From: Chiloscyllium plagiosum
Taxonomy: Eukaryota
Length of the DNA stretch: 42,563 nucleotides
Direction of reading: 5' to 3'
NCBI RefSeq assembly: GCF_004010195.1
Contig: NC_057718.1
Span: 24,128,605-24,171,167 of the forward strand
In this document: piece after piece, positions 10,939 to 22,376 of the stretch
How positions within the stretch are numbered: position 1 is the stretch's first letter
Layout: each line of letters starts with the position of its first letter
Program-made: the position numbers and the translations under genes
The notes under the pieces: generated by a model
Database searches by the model: none
Seen by the model: the letters and a program-made list of their open reading frames with translations, nothing else
Told to the model about the DNA's origin: nothing

Positions 10939-13937
10939 TAGTAATAAGCTGTGAGCTAGTTCTCAGCTTGTCGGATGTAATTTAAGAGGCGGACTGACCT
11001 GAGTGAATTGGATCTGGTCCAATGCAGTAACTAAGTGAAAAGCTGCTTTATGGTGAAGGAGAATTTCTCGCACCCTGCAAGTATTTGTGTGCAAATGGAA
11101 TTACTCAGCTCTTCAGAAATTGTCATAGAGTTCCATTATTTTCGCACACCAGGAAGTTGGATGAATGGTGATCTATCATCCTGAGGAGAATAAGAGGATC
11201 ATCACCAAATGACAGCTATTGGAAATTCTTGAAGGAAAAGTGGTAGTGGGCAAATTGGTTATATGTACAACATAAATTGATCTTTTATTTGGAGGGGTGT
11301 GTAGAACCAAGATTTACTTTCTGAATTGATGTTAAAATTGGAAGGAAGAAAGAAAATTGTAATGTAGATCTGAGAAGAGCTGAAGCAAATATTTCCATTC
11401 TGAGTTATTTATCAGTCATCTGCTTAGAAATCTGAATATTACTGGTTGTGCGACTGCTTTAAATTTGCAGGATTCCATGCATTCCAAATCACGTGATAAA
11501 TATGAATGAGATTAAGAAATCCTATTAGCAGCCTTTTCCTTACCACAGAAATGGTGGGTTGATGCCGAAAGGTGCTGGAGGTAAATTGGTTTTCCATTGT
11601 GATGGAATGTTACCGTGAGCCATGTTGACACATTGGACTGTTAAATATGATCTCTCAGTGGGTTGTTCTATCAGGAGGAGCCCAATAATCTCAAAACACA
11701 TTCCAGCAGAACTTCAGATAATAGTTACATCTTCATGTTTTGAGGAATGCCCCTGTTGGAACATTGCATCCAGATGGCTCTGGTTACAGTCACTGTGTGC
11801 CTTCAAGTAAACAGCTCCACATATTGAGCTGTTTTGATGTAGAATCATGATCGCCTTGAAGAACAAAGTTTAGCTTGAAAACAAAACCTAGCATTATCTC
11901 CTTTTTGAAGCAGATAAATAAATTTTGCATGTGCTTGTGCAGTTGACAAATTCTGATATACAGTTGTGGAAGTTTTCGGTTAGTTAATGCAGAGTTGTTA
12001 ATTTTTGTTACTATAACGTCTCAAATGAGGTATAGCCCAGATTTTCCTGTCTGAATAGCAAGGAGGTGTTAATGACGTTTGCCATTATTTGTACATGTGG
12101 TCAAGAACATCAGGTGAGGTATTGGTATGTCATTCAACTGAAATCTAAATGATGCTGTCTAGTCAGATCTTTTTCCCAATTTGAAATATTACATCTTGTT
12201 CTCTGCCTTGCTATTGAGACTCATTGACTGAACATTGGTGTCACAATCCAAACTTAAACTTGCCACATGTTACATTTGTCCGTTTTCCAGTCTGTTGGAA
12301 AAGCATTTTTCTGGCTATAAAAAGTAGACACAGTTTGACCCCTATTCTGTGCTGAGTCAGCTGGGTTGATGAGGATTTTGATTTATAAGGGTCTAATAGT
12401 TTGAAACAGTTAATGTTGGGGAGTGCCTTAGGCAGCACCTACTGCGATGATGTATGGGTTTAGAAGAACAGAGTAACATCTTAAGTCAGAACAAATATCA
12501 AATTCGCCTCTGTAACAATCTCTGTCATTTTGGTGTAACGTTTGTTTAGTTGCTAACATGAAATAAACTGCACCTGGTTTAAGAGCATATAGTAGTTTTC
12601 CTTGACCACATTAAACCAGGATTGCCCTAAACAGAAAGAAGTGGGTGACAGCAAATCCTCCTTATATTCTACTGTGCAATAGTATAAGGAGCTTACAGAA
12701 CTTTGTGAGTAGCAGTATACACTGCTCATATAACCACTATTGCTACTTTTTGAGCTAGGAGGGAAATATTGGCTGGGCTTTCTGCTTCTGACCACTACTG
12801 ACTGACTACTGCATGAAATACATGTGTAGCCATGATTGCTAATGTAATTGAGTAACCCATCAGCATTTCCTAGTTAAGATTTACTTGAGTTCCAATTTGA
12901 GTAAGGTATCAGAAGGTGACTGCCATGCATGGACGTCCTCCCAGCGTGAGTTGGTATCTTTACAGTGTCATGAAAGGAGAAAGAAAAATTTGAGGTTTGG
13001 GTGAGACTGGTTGTGGGAAAGAACTGGTTAGCCAACCTTTCTTGCCTACTGTTGAGGAAATATCTGTTCTTTATAAATGAATATGCTTTGTTCTCAAATA
13101 CACCAGACTTTGCATTTAAGTTGTCTTACTGTGGAGAGATTTATTTTGGGGATATATTAGCGCTTGAGCATCTGCAATATATTATCTGCCTAAAACGTTT
13201 GTTGACTTACCTAATCAAGAATAAATTAAGCATGTGTGTTTACTGATGAGTATTGGTGTTCAATGATTAAACAGATTGTTCTGGCATTTGAATTACCAAT
13301 TTATTTTGATTTGCAGTGGAAATTAGGGGTATCCTGTGGGGACTAATGTTGGCTTGAGTAAACTCAGAATATGGAAAGACGTTCAGTGAAACTGAGATTA
13401 TGAAGTGGTTTTTGAAGTTTAGCTGCATGTTCAAAGTGGAGGGGAAGAATAATTTTTACAAAGGCAAAATGCAATGAGATATAAATTAATCTTGGACAGG
13501 GGGCACAGAATGAGTGATGTGGTGAGTTGGCTGAATTTTCTGTGTTCCAGTCAATGTTCTATTCTGTGAAAGTCTAGGGAAAATTAAGCCATCTGGATTA
13601 CAAAATGGTGTCTCATCCAATTGACTGCTTTCTCACATCTGATCTAGTTGGAAAAATCAATCGGAGTATAGCTCCACCCATTAATGACCTAATATATTGT
13701 ATTTGAGTTATAATTGACCTTTTAAATTCTTAGTTACACTTACAATAATATGACGCCCCTTCCATTCAGGCAGCTGAAGGGCTGGTACTGATTGAGATTT
13801 CAGTACCTTTTGGTGAATTTAAAGTGACTGGAATTCTTCATCTTATTTTGCGCCAAACAACAATTTTCCTGATGAAGTGAGTCTATGTTTTCGTATCGAG
13901 GACCGTATCCAATCTGTCCTGACTCTCACCAGGATGA

Positions 13938-14142
13938 GCTGAAAATGTGTTGCTGGAAAAGCGCAGCAGGTCAGGCAGCATCCAGGGAACAGGAGAATCG
14001 ACGTTTTGGGCATAAGCCCTTCTTCAGGGCTTATGCCCGAAACGTCGATTCTCCTGTTCCCTGGATGCTGCCTGACCTGCGCTTTTCCAGCAACACATTT
14101 TCAGCTCTGATCTCCAGCATCTGCAGACCTCACTTTCTCCAG
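13938..14142. mobile_element. Young palindromic Penelope-like pLTR insertion with 12-bp TSD
   Basis: TSD tcaccaggatga at 13926-13937 and 14143-14154. Arms 13937-14020 and 14026-14106 differ by one substitution and one 3-nt indel, with a 5-nt spacer and a 34-nt extension on the right arm only. Confidence 0.93.
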
Positions 14143-14648
14143 TCACCAGGATGACCATGGCCAGTGAGAATATAACTGATTCATAGTTTTCTTTTTGTTG
14201 CATGGCCCTATTTTGGATGGAATTCCATTGCACTTGAAGCAATACAGGTCACAAAGAGAAGAATTGACTAGTCCTCATGATCCTGTTGAGTATCCTGTGA
14301 ACCATTGCTGTGGACTAAATGCCACACTAGGGCAGGATCAGAGCCAGTTCCCATGCCTTCAATGTCTAATAGCCTATGCAACTGCCAGCAGTTCTCTCCA
14401 AATGAATACAATGAACCTTGATTAAACGTTGGAATGCTTTTCCATTTGGAGCCTTCTGTGATCTGAGATGAGAAATGTGGCTGATTGTGATAATCTGGTG
14501 GTTACTGTTAAAGTAAAATGAAACATTATCCATTATGCATCTGGCTGTATAACCACGAAATGGCACAGTAAATGGGACTCTGAATATCAGCGAGCGCCCA
14601 CATCCATTACAAGAGTGCCACAGCTGAAGATGAGAATTACTGATTTGT

Positions 14649-15124
14649 TAGAGTCATAGACGTACAGCACGAAAACAGACCCTTCGGTCCAACTCGTCCA
14701 TGCTGACCAGATATCCTAACCTAATCTAGTCCCATTTGCCAGCACTTGGCCCATGTCCTTCTAAGCCCTTCCTATTTATACCCATCCAGATGCCTTTTAA
14801 ATGCTGCAATTGTACCAACCTCTACCACTTCCTTTGGCAGCTTATTCCATACACTCGCCACCCTCTGCGTGAAAAAGTTGCCCCTTAGGTCCCTTTTATA
14901 TCTTTCCCCTCTCACCCTGAACCTATGCCCTCTAGTTTTGACTCCCCCACCCCAGGGAAAAGACTTGTCTGTTTATCCTATCCATGCCCCTCATGATTTT
15001 ACAAACCTGTATAAGGTCACCCCTCAGCCTCTGATGTTCCAGAGAAAACAGCACTAGCCTATTCAGTCTCTCCCTTTAGCTCAATTCTTCCAACCCTGGC
15101 AACATCCTTGTAAGTCTTTTCTGA
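14649..15124 (-). mobile_element. CR1/HER1 LINE 3' segment
   Basis: Closely similar to 7350-7758 plus 8101-8150. It starts at the tagagtcataga tail. Confidence 0.95.
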
Positions 15125-15552
15125 TGTGAACATAGGAGGTATTGTTGTAAGTTTGTGACTGGCACCAAAATTGGAAGTATAATGGACAGTGAAGAAGGTT
15201 ACCTCAGAGTACAACGGGATCTTGATCAAATGGGCTGAGTAGCAGCAGATGGGTTTTAACTTAGATAAATGTGAGGTGCTGCATTTTGTACAAGCAAATC
15301 TCAACAGGACTGGTACCCTTAATGGTAAGGTGATAGGGAGTGTTGCTGAGCAAAGAGACCTTGGAATGCAGGTTCATAGTTCCTTGAAAGTAGAGTCGCA
15401 AGTTGATAGAATAGTGAAGAAGGCATTTGGTATGCATTCCTTTATTGGTCAGAGCATTGAGTACAGGAGTTGGGAGGTCATGTTGCGGCTTTACAGGACG
15501 TTAGGTCACTTTTGGAATATTGCGTGCAATTCTGGTCTCCTTTCTATCGGAA
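15123..15552 (+). mobile_element. CR1/HER1 LINE internal segment, inverted relative to the adjacent 3' segment
   Basis: ORF 15249+ reads FNLDKCEVLHF...EQRDLGMQVHSSLKVESQVDRIVKKAFGM...YRSWEVMLRLYRTL (CR1 RT C-terminal region). It is the reverse complement of ~8174-8590. Confidence 0.95.
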
Positions 15553-18500
15553 ATCAAATATGTTTCTCCCCCAAACCCCATAAAATTCAGCCCCTTTTTG
15601 AATGTATTTTCTCTCCCTTGAATATAATGATATCCCACAATGTGGTTTGGTGACTATTAGAGAATTATAAACCAGCCACGCAGATTTAGGCATGTTAAGC
15701 ATTATAAATTAAGGAATATTGGAAGAATTTTATGGATTGAGGAACAATAAAACTTGAATTTTACAATCCCAATCAACAGTAATACTGGGCAAATCAAATA
15801 GCAGAGTGAATCTTAGCTTGGTAGACAAATACGTTTTTTTATTCTCTTTGTTTTTTATGATGGTCAGTCACTGAGCATATTCACAAGAAGCCACTAATAT
15901 AATTTATAAGCCTATTGCACATAAAAGAAAAACAACAAACTATCTAACACTGCACGAGAGCTATTTGAAACTGTTTTATTACAGAAATTAAGATTAAGGT
16001 TGTTGAAGAAAGTAAAATAGTTTACCATTACTCAAATCTCAGTGAAGGGTCACCCATCACCACTTTAAAGTTCCTTGATCAGTTGGCATGGCTGTAATAG
16101 GTCTCTGAAGCTTGCTTGTAAGTGATATCTAAGCACTTTCCAGACATGCAGCTTGCATTTGGTCAGCTCCTAACAGTTTTTTGACTGTGGAATTTTGTTG
16201 AAAGCACTCAAGAATCTTTGGCCCTGACTATGTTTGTAGACCTTTAAACTAACAGCACCTCTTCAGGCCTCGCTGATCCTGCACATGCTGCCTGTCATTC
16301 TTAGTGGCTTTGTATTTTTGTGCTACTGACCTCCTCTCACTAGGCAATAGTAGTTTTCTGTCTCACCTGTGCATATTTCTTAATGAACTGAAATGTTCAC
16401 CTGAACTCTACTGTAAACCTCTGAATCCTCAACACAAATACATGCATTAATGAACTTCAGGCAATCTGGCATTGCTGTTATTGCAAATCTAAAATGGAAC
16501 TAAAACTACGTCTCCACTTCTAACACAAGATAACAATACAAATCCTGCTTGAAGTTATGGATGGTTCTGTCCACTTCACTTCAGAAACTAAACTGCCAAA
16601 TAATGAAATTAACATCACAAATCTTCATCGCAATCTGCTTAAATGCAGCTCACCTTAGAACAAAGATCCTGGAGACAGGTGTACTTGGTGAATGGCTGAC
16701 CACTGTGGGGGAACAAAAGGCAAAATTATTTTAAAAACAAGTTATACAGTCCAGGGTGTAGTGAGAGAACATAACATGGAACTGGTGAGTTGATACTGAA
16801 ATTTTCTTCATGTGCCAAAATTGAACTTGGGACTACTGCCCACAAAAACACAGAACTTGTTTCTTTTTTGACCTCACCCAATTTTCTGAGCCATGTTGTT
16901 TGTCATCAGCAAAAAGATCCTAAATGAGAACACCCAAAACAACAGTTTGAATTAATTTGCAAAATACAGTGAATGTGGGTTTAACATTTTGTATGTAGCT
17001 GAGAGATCATGTTAAACATATTAGGGAGATGACAGAAGTAATCTCGGACTAGAATAATGTGGGGACAAGTAGAATTTTGCAACAAAATGCAATTTCAGAA
17101 TGAGAAAACGTGAGCGCAAGACAATCAAGTATCCTTTCTCACTTTTTCAGAATAGGTGAAACCAGAATCAGTATCTTCTTTGATTCACCTAACAGAAGCG
17201 AGAGTGAAAGTTTGAAACACACATGATTCAATGTAGTCAGATAATATGATTTCACTTGTTTGGAATGGATTTTGTTTTGTTTTGAAGAATAAAATTTGAC
17301 TGAGGGAAGTATTGTTTCTACTATTGACTTGTTACAATGGAACTGACTCTTGATGATTTTACGAAGAAGGGAGAAAGAAAGCTTTGAGTTTTAGCTTATT
17401 TGTCCTTAAAATGCTTTTTTTTTCATAGGACAAAAAAAGTATTGGGCTACTTCCTATTGTTTATCATGCTACCACTTTGTGCTGATCTCATCAGGCTGAG
17501 ATCAAAAGAAATGATGCAGAAATTGAAAATTTGTTAGGAATGAGTATTTTCATGGACAGAAGTCATGATTTATATTGTAATGTTACAGGCCCTTTTGTAT
17601 TGCTGCAAGATGTTTACATGGCCATGGTAGATATTTGGAGTTGTCACTCAAGATATCTGATCCAGTTCGTTCTTCCACATACTTAATCCATGTCTCCAAG
17701 TGGTGGTGTTGGAGCGATATTCGATTTTTATTTGTCCTTGATTACATAGCGCAGCCAGATGGCTCTGATTATATTTTGGATGAATCAAGCCTATTAATTA
17801 GGCTGCAATATAATACATTGCCAACTTGACTGATTCTTAGTTAATATTTGTACAAAGTTGAAAGAATGTTTAAAGTATGTGGCATTATTTGCATTTCTTT
17901 TGTGTAGAGGTAAAATATCCCTTATCAAGTTGGAATCTATCTTTTTCCTTTGGTAACTGTCAAATGGAATGGTGAAAGCCAGTTGAGGCTTTTTAAAATT
18001 ATTCGACAAAATGGGTGTATCAAAGGAATGACATTATTGTAGTTAAGAAAAACCTTTGCTCCCTGCCAGCCTTTGTAAAAATGCTCGTAAAAATCTCAAG
18101 CTTCGGACTACTTGTCAATAATCTCCGACCTTAGGTAGCTAATATTTCAGTTATTAGTGCCTGATGGCTGTTACAGATTTTTATCAGCTCTGAGGAAACT
18201 TGATCCAAATCATGCCATTAAAACAAATCTGATGAAAGGTTTTTTAAGTGTGGTACAATAAATGAATCGCTAGACCTGTCAATTAATCAAGCTTTGCTTT
18301 CTAAGTACAAATGAATAAATTTTAAAGGGTTTAAATACATCTGTCTGCTTGAGAATTTCTTTAATGCTACACAAGCTTATTTGCTTTAAGCTGAAACATT
18401 GCAAATTTGATAGAAAGCTTCACACATTAAAGTAACAATTCTTTCAACTATTAAATTATTTGTGACTTCCAATTGAATGCTAAAGTTTTGAAACCGCATA

Positions 18501-18679
18501 GAGATTTTTCATCTGCTAAAAGCCAAAACAGAGTTTACAATACAAAATCAATACTCCTAATTGTGCAGGGTAGCCTCCCATCATTGTAGTTTCACTAGCT
18601 GTTATTGAATATGTGCATGTATTTTAAAAGCTATTTTTAAAAAGTTGACTTAAGAAAGTAGGAGCTCAAGTCTAAAGAC

Positions 18680-20040
18680 TGTAAAATTGGAGATTGTGGA
18701 ATAAAAAGGGCAGTAGCTACATGGTTACAAAATTGGCAGATTGACTGTGACTCTATGACTAATAGCAGTTCACAGGTTTTTTTTGATTGGAGGAAAGTTT
18801 ACTGTCTCCAGAGGGTAGGATTTCGGACCCCTACCCTTCCTGGTTATGTATTAACAAACTACATTTGTATGGGGCACATAAGAAATTCACGAGGGTTCTT
18901 AAGACAGCAGTTTCCAAACCCACAATTACTACCTTCCAGAAGGCAAAGGGCAGCAGTTCCATCATCTGTAAGTTCTGCCCACCATCCTGACTTGAAAATA
19001 CCATCACCACTCCTTCAGTGTCACCTGGGTCTAACTCATGGAGCTCACTCGCTAACAGCACTGAAGGTGTACCCACACCAAATGGACTGCAGCATTTCAA
19101 ATAGGCAGCTCAGTATCAGTAGCACCATGAGCCAGTAGAGTCTGCATTCTATGAATGGATATTTTTAAAAAATGAAAATACAGAACCTGCGAAAGTTTAA
19201 AACTTAATTACAAAGGTATGGTGGGCTGTGAGGGAAAGTGTGTGAAAATGACAGGCTGGTTGGTGGACTGCCGAGACAAGTGGGAAATGAAATTTAATTG
19301 TGAGAAATGTGAAGTGAAGACATTGAGGTAAGGAAAATATAGAGACACAACATAACATAAATAGTCCAATACGCAGGAGCAAAGTAAAGTTTGTATGGGC
19401 ATAAGGCACAAAGTGTTAGGCATCTTCTAGAATGATTAATACTACGTAAAGCATTCTAGGCTTTATTAATAGGAGCAGGTGCAAAAGCAAGGCAGTTAGG
19501 CTAAATTTGTAAAAATTCTGGTTTGACTTTGACGAGAATATAGTTTACAGTTCAGGTGCCTCATTTCTGAAGTGGTACTTAAACCCGAGAGTATGTGCAG
19601 GTGAGATTCAGGAGGATGATTACAGGGATCAAGAACCTTTAGTAATAGGAAATAGATTGAAGAGTTGGGGTGGTCTGTAGCAAAGATTGAGGTTGAACAC
19701 ATGTGGTGTTGAACAGAGCAATTAAGAAGAAAATGTTTCCATTGGTGAAAGTATTGCAAATCTGAGAGCGTGAATTTGAAGTAAATGGAGGTTTTTAAAA
19801 AAAGTAATGATAACGTGAGCTAATAAATATGTTTGCCCAGTCAGTTGTTGGGATCTGGACTGAACTGTCCAAGAGTGTGGTGAAGGCAGATTCTGTTGAG
19901 GCCTTTCAGAGGAAATTGGATGATATCTGGAAAGGGAAAACGTGTAGTTTTTGGGAGAAGTTGGGGAGTTGGCAGTTGAAGTAAACCATCAGTGAGCCAG
20001 TGGACTGAATGGTTTCCAACTGTGCTGTAATCATTTGAGA
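18680..20040 (+). mobile_element. Old CR1 LINE fragment (RT to 3' end), interrupted at ~18875-19172
   Basis: Remnants of GIKRAVATWLQNW and DWRKV lie before the insert. tgggaaatgaaatttaattgtgagaaatgtgaagtg (WEMKFNCEKCEV) lies after it, with a CR1-like terminus at ~20000-20040. Confidence 0.75.
18875..19172 (+). mobile_element. 3' fragment of second LINE family nested in old CR1
   Basis: ccaaacccac...agaaggcaaagggcagcag...caccatcctgacttg...ggactgcagcatttcaa with an A-rich end; overlaps in sequence with 1049-1227. Confidence 0.6.
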
Positions 20041-20629
20041 CTGATGTGAATAACCAATCAAAGATTGCTGTAATGTCAAGATGTTACAGGAACTTCATTG
20101 AGGAAGAGCCATGTAGCTGATCTGAGAGCTTCAGTGGGGATATTCTTTAGAAGCTAGAGCTGAGTAGGGGGCAATACACTTAATCCAACTGTTAAACCAA
20201 GAAGGTTTTAGCATTAATGGACTTGTTTATCTAAGGTGGAGGTGTTTATATTTTCAGTACCAATGCCTTAAGTGCTGCTGCCGATGTCTGCTGTGATGTT
20301 GCACAACAGTTTGTACCAATCTGCTGCTTCGCACATCAAAACACTGTTTAATTAGATAAATTAGATACTTAGATAAACTGTTCTTGTCTCAACCTGAAAT
20401 GCCTAACCACAAGCTACAAAAATAGCTTTGAAATTGAAACAATATTGTGCAATGTATAAAATTCAATTCTGAAACTTGTAAGTAGGCAAGATTCCAGTCC
20501 TATTCCAGGATCCGTTGTTGACTGAATTGCAAAGCAAATTGTCTCCCAAGCAATTTCCGCACTTGAAACTTAAGCAAGTGAAAGAAGGAGCTTATTTGTC
20601 AAAAAGGATCTTTTGCTTTCTTTTCTAAG

Positions 20630-21050
20630 CTTGAGGCCCCTTATTTCTATGTTGTTTCTTTTCACAAAATCTCTCTCAAATCCCCTCTCTAGCAGTCTGC
20701 AGCAACAAAAATAGTGCCAATTTCCTAAGTGTCTCCCTTTTAAAAGTAATTTCCCATTCCTGGCAACATATTGGTGAATCTATCCTGTAGGATTTCTGGC
20801 TTTAGTGGGTTTTTTTCCCGTAATATTGTGCCCAAAACTGCACATGATATTTTGACTGTGGCTAACCACTGTCTTGTTCAACTTTTATGATTACTGTTTG
20901 ACTGTTATTGAAACCCAAACTGCTATTGGCACGTTCATTGGCCTTATTTTTCTGTGCTCACTTTTAAAGAATTGCATAATGACCCAAGACAGCGTGTTCC
21001 CTGACCTTTATCTGCATTCCTCTCAAATGTTATTGACTCTTTTGCCAACT
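20630..21050 (-). mobile_element. Old CR1 LINE fragment
   Basis: cctggcaacatattggtgaatct and cccaaaactgcacatgatatt resemble the reverse complement of the RFTRM and YCVQFW regions of the younger copies. Confidence 0.6.
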
Positions 21051-21061
21051 TGTGGATTAGT

Positions 21062-21229
21062 GGGCGGCACGGTGGCACAGTGGTTAGCACTGCTGCCTCA
21101 CAGCGCCAGAGACCCGGGTTCAATTCCCGCCTCAGGCGACTCACTGTGTGGAGTTTGCACGTTCTCCCCGTGTCTGCGTGGGTTTCCTCCCACAATCTAA
21201 TCTAATCTAAAATCTAATCTAATCTAATC
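21062..21229 (+). mobile_element. HE1-type SINE, internally deleted, with (TAATC)n tail
   Basis: A box TGGCACAGTGG (21073-21083), B box GGTTCAATTCC (21117-21127) and V core, then directly aatctaatct repeats (21194-21229). Confidence 0.95.
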
Positions 21230-21442
21230 AAATATAAAATAGGATGGGTCTGATCAAATGTAATTCACAAATAATCCTTGGAAACCCTTAGTCCTGGTTG
21301 ATAGTGACATTCAATACACCGATTGGAACAGGTCTCAAAAGTTAAAGTATATCTGCTTACCAGTTCCTAATATAAGCAGAATTGTGGAGGAAAGCTCACC
21401 TCATTTTGATCATGGAAAGAATAACATTAAAATTGCATTCAG

Positions 21443-21950
21443 GGCAGAATTTCCTTGGACTTTTTTACAAACCTGGTGCACCATACAACAGACCATTTTT
21501 ATAAGACTGGTGCACCACACAACAGACCATTTTTATAAGACATGGCAGCCCTACTTTAGTTATTTGAATATCGATTTATCAGTTATCTTAACTAGGGCGT
21601 TTGTTTAACCAGGATAGTTAGATTTGTCAAGCCCTGGACCCTGGAGGGATTCTCCTGAGTGTATATATACAATGCTCCCATTCCTTTGTTTGGGAGCTTT
21701 GTGCTGAGCATAGCTGTTCTGTATTTTGTGGGTTTTTTGTTTTTTTTGCTTTTCTTTCTTTCTTTTTGTTGCTTTGCACAGTGTTAGGGTTTGTTTTGTA
21801 TTATAGGATAGGTTAGTAGTTAGTAGACAGTTGTATTGTAACTTGTATTTTTTTCTTTTTATTATACTGATATTTGTTATTGATTGTTTTTCAATAATTT
21901 TATAAATTTGTAAAGTTTAAACAAATTGCTAATAAATATATTTACAAAAC
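21443..21950 (+). mobile_element. 5'-truncated L1-clade LINE (ORF2 C-terminus plus 3' UTR) with 14-bp TSD
   Basis: TSD aaaattgcattcag at 21429-21442 and 21951-21964, preceded by tt (TT/AAAA). Peptide FYKTWQPYFSYL resembles the F-x-K-x-W-x-P C-terminus of fish L1 ORF2. T-rich UTR, AATAAA at 21931-21936 and an A-rich end. Confidence 0.8.
21473..21540 (+). repeat. Tandem duplication, 2 x 34 bp
   Basis: ctggtgcaccaYacaacagaccatttttataaga at 21473-21506 and 21507-21540, one mismatch. Confidence 0.97.
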
Positions 21951-22220
21951 AAAATTGCATTCAGAACTCATCCGACCTAGTTTCTCACCTTCAAGATGAT
22001 GATAGATTAATGTTAGATTGCACAAGTTCCCATTTCAGCTTGATCGATCTCTCAGAAGAAAGTACTCTTAGTTCTATTTGTGAAGGTGGACTGTTATGTA
22101 GGGATAATGAAAGCCAGCTTTTAAAAGAAATGTTTAAAGACAGTTTAAAAACTTCTAAAGACATTTTCAGAAACTGAAACTGTCACTACCTTTCCAGTAA
22201 AGTAGGATATGCATTTATGA

Positions 22221-22376
<156 letters not shown>

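Noticed and set aside
13868..13900. cctgatgaag motif as another hammerhead
   Set aside because: No helix II or GAAA follows.
14000..14046. Functional hammerhead at the centre of the 13938 palindrome
   Set aside because: The minus copy has GAAA changed to AAAA and the plus copy lacks CUGANGA.
7086..14154. CRISPR-like or MITE interpretation of the recurring palindromic repeats
   Set aside because: Eukaryotic context with no regular spacers. The arms are asymmetric, TSD lengths vary, and the sequence is continuous with PLE GIY-YIG copies.
21062..21135. tRNA gene
   Set aside because: The A and B boxes belong to the SINE head, which continues into the V core.
21926..22177. 83-aa ORF just upstream of the formin exon
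   Set aside because: Starts in the L1 tail, has no formin similarity and lacks convincing splice sites.
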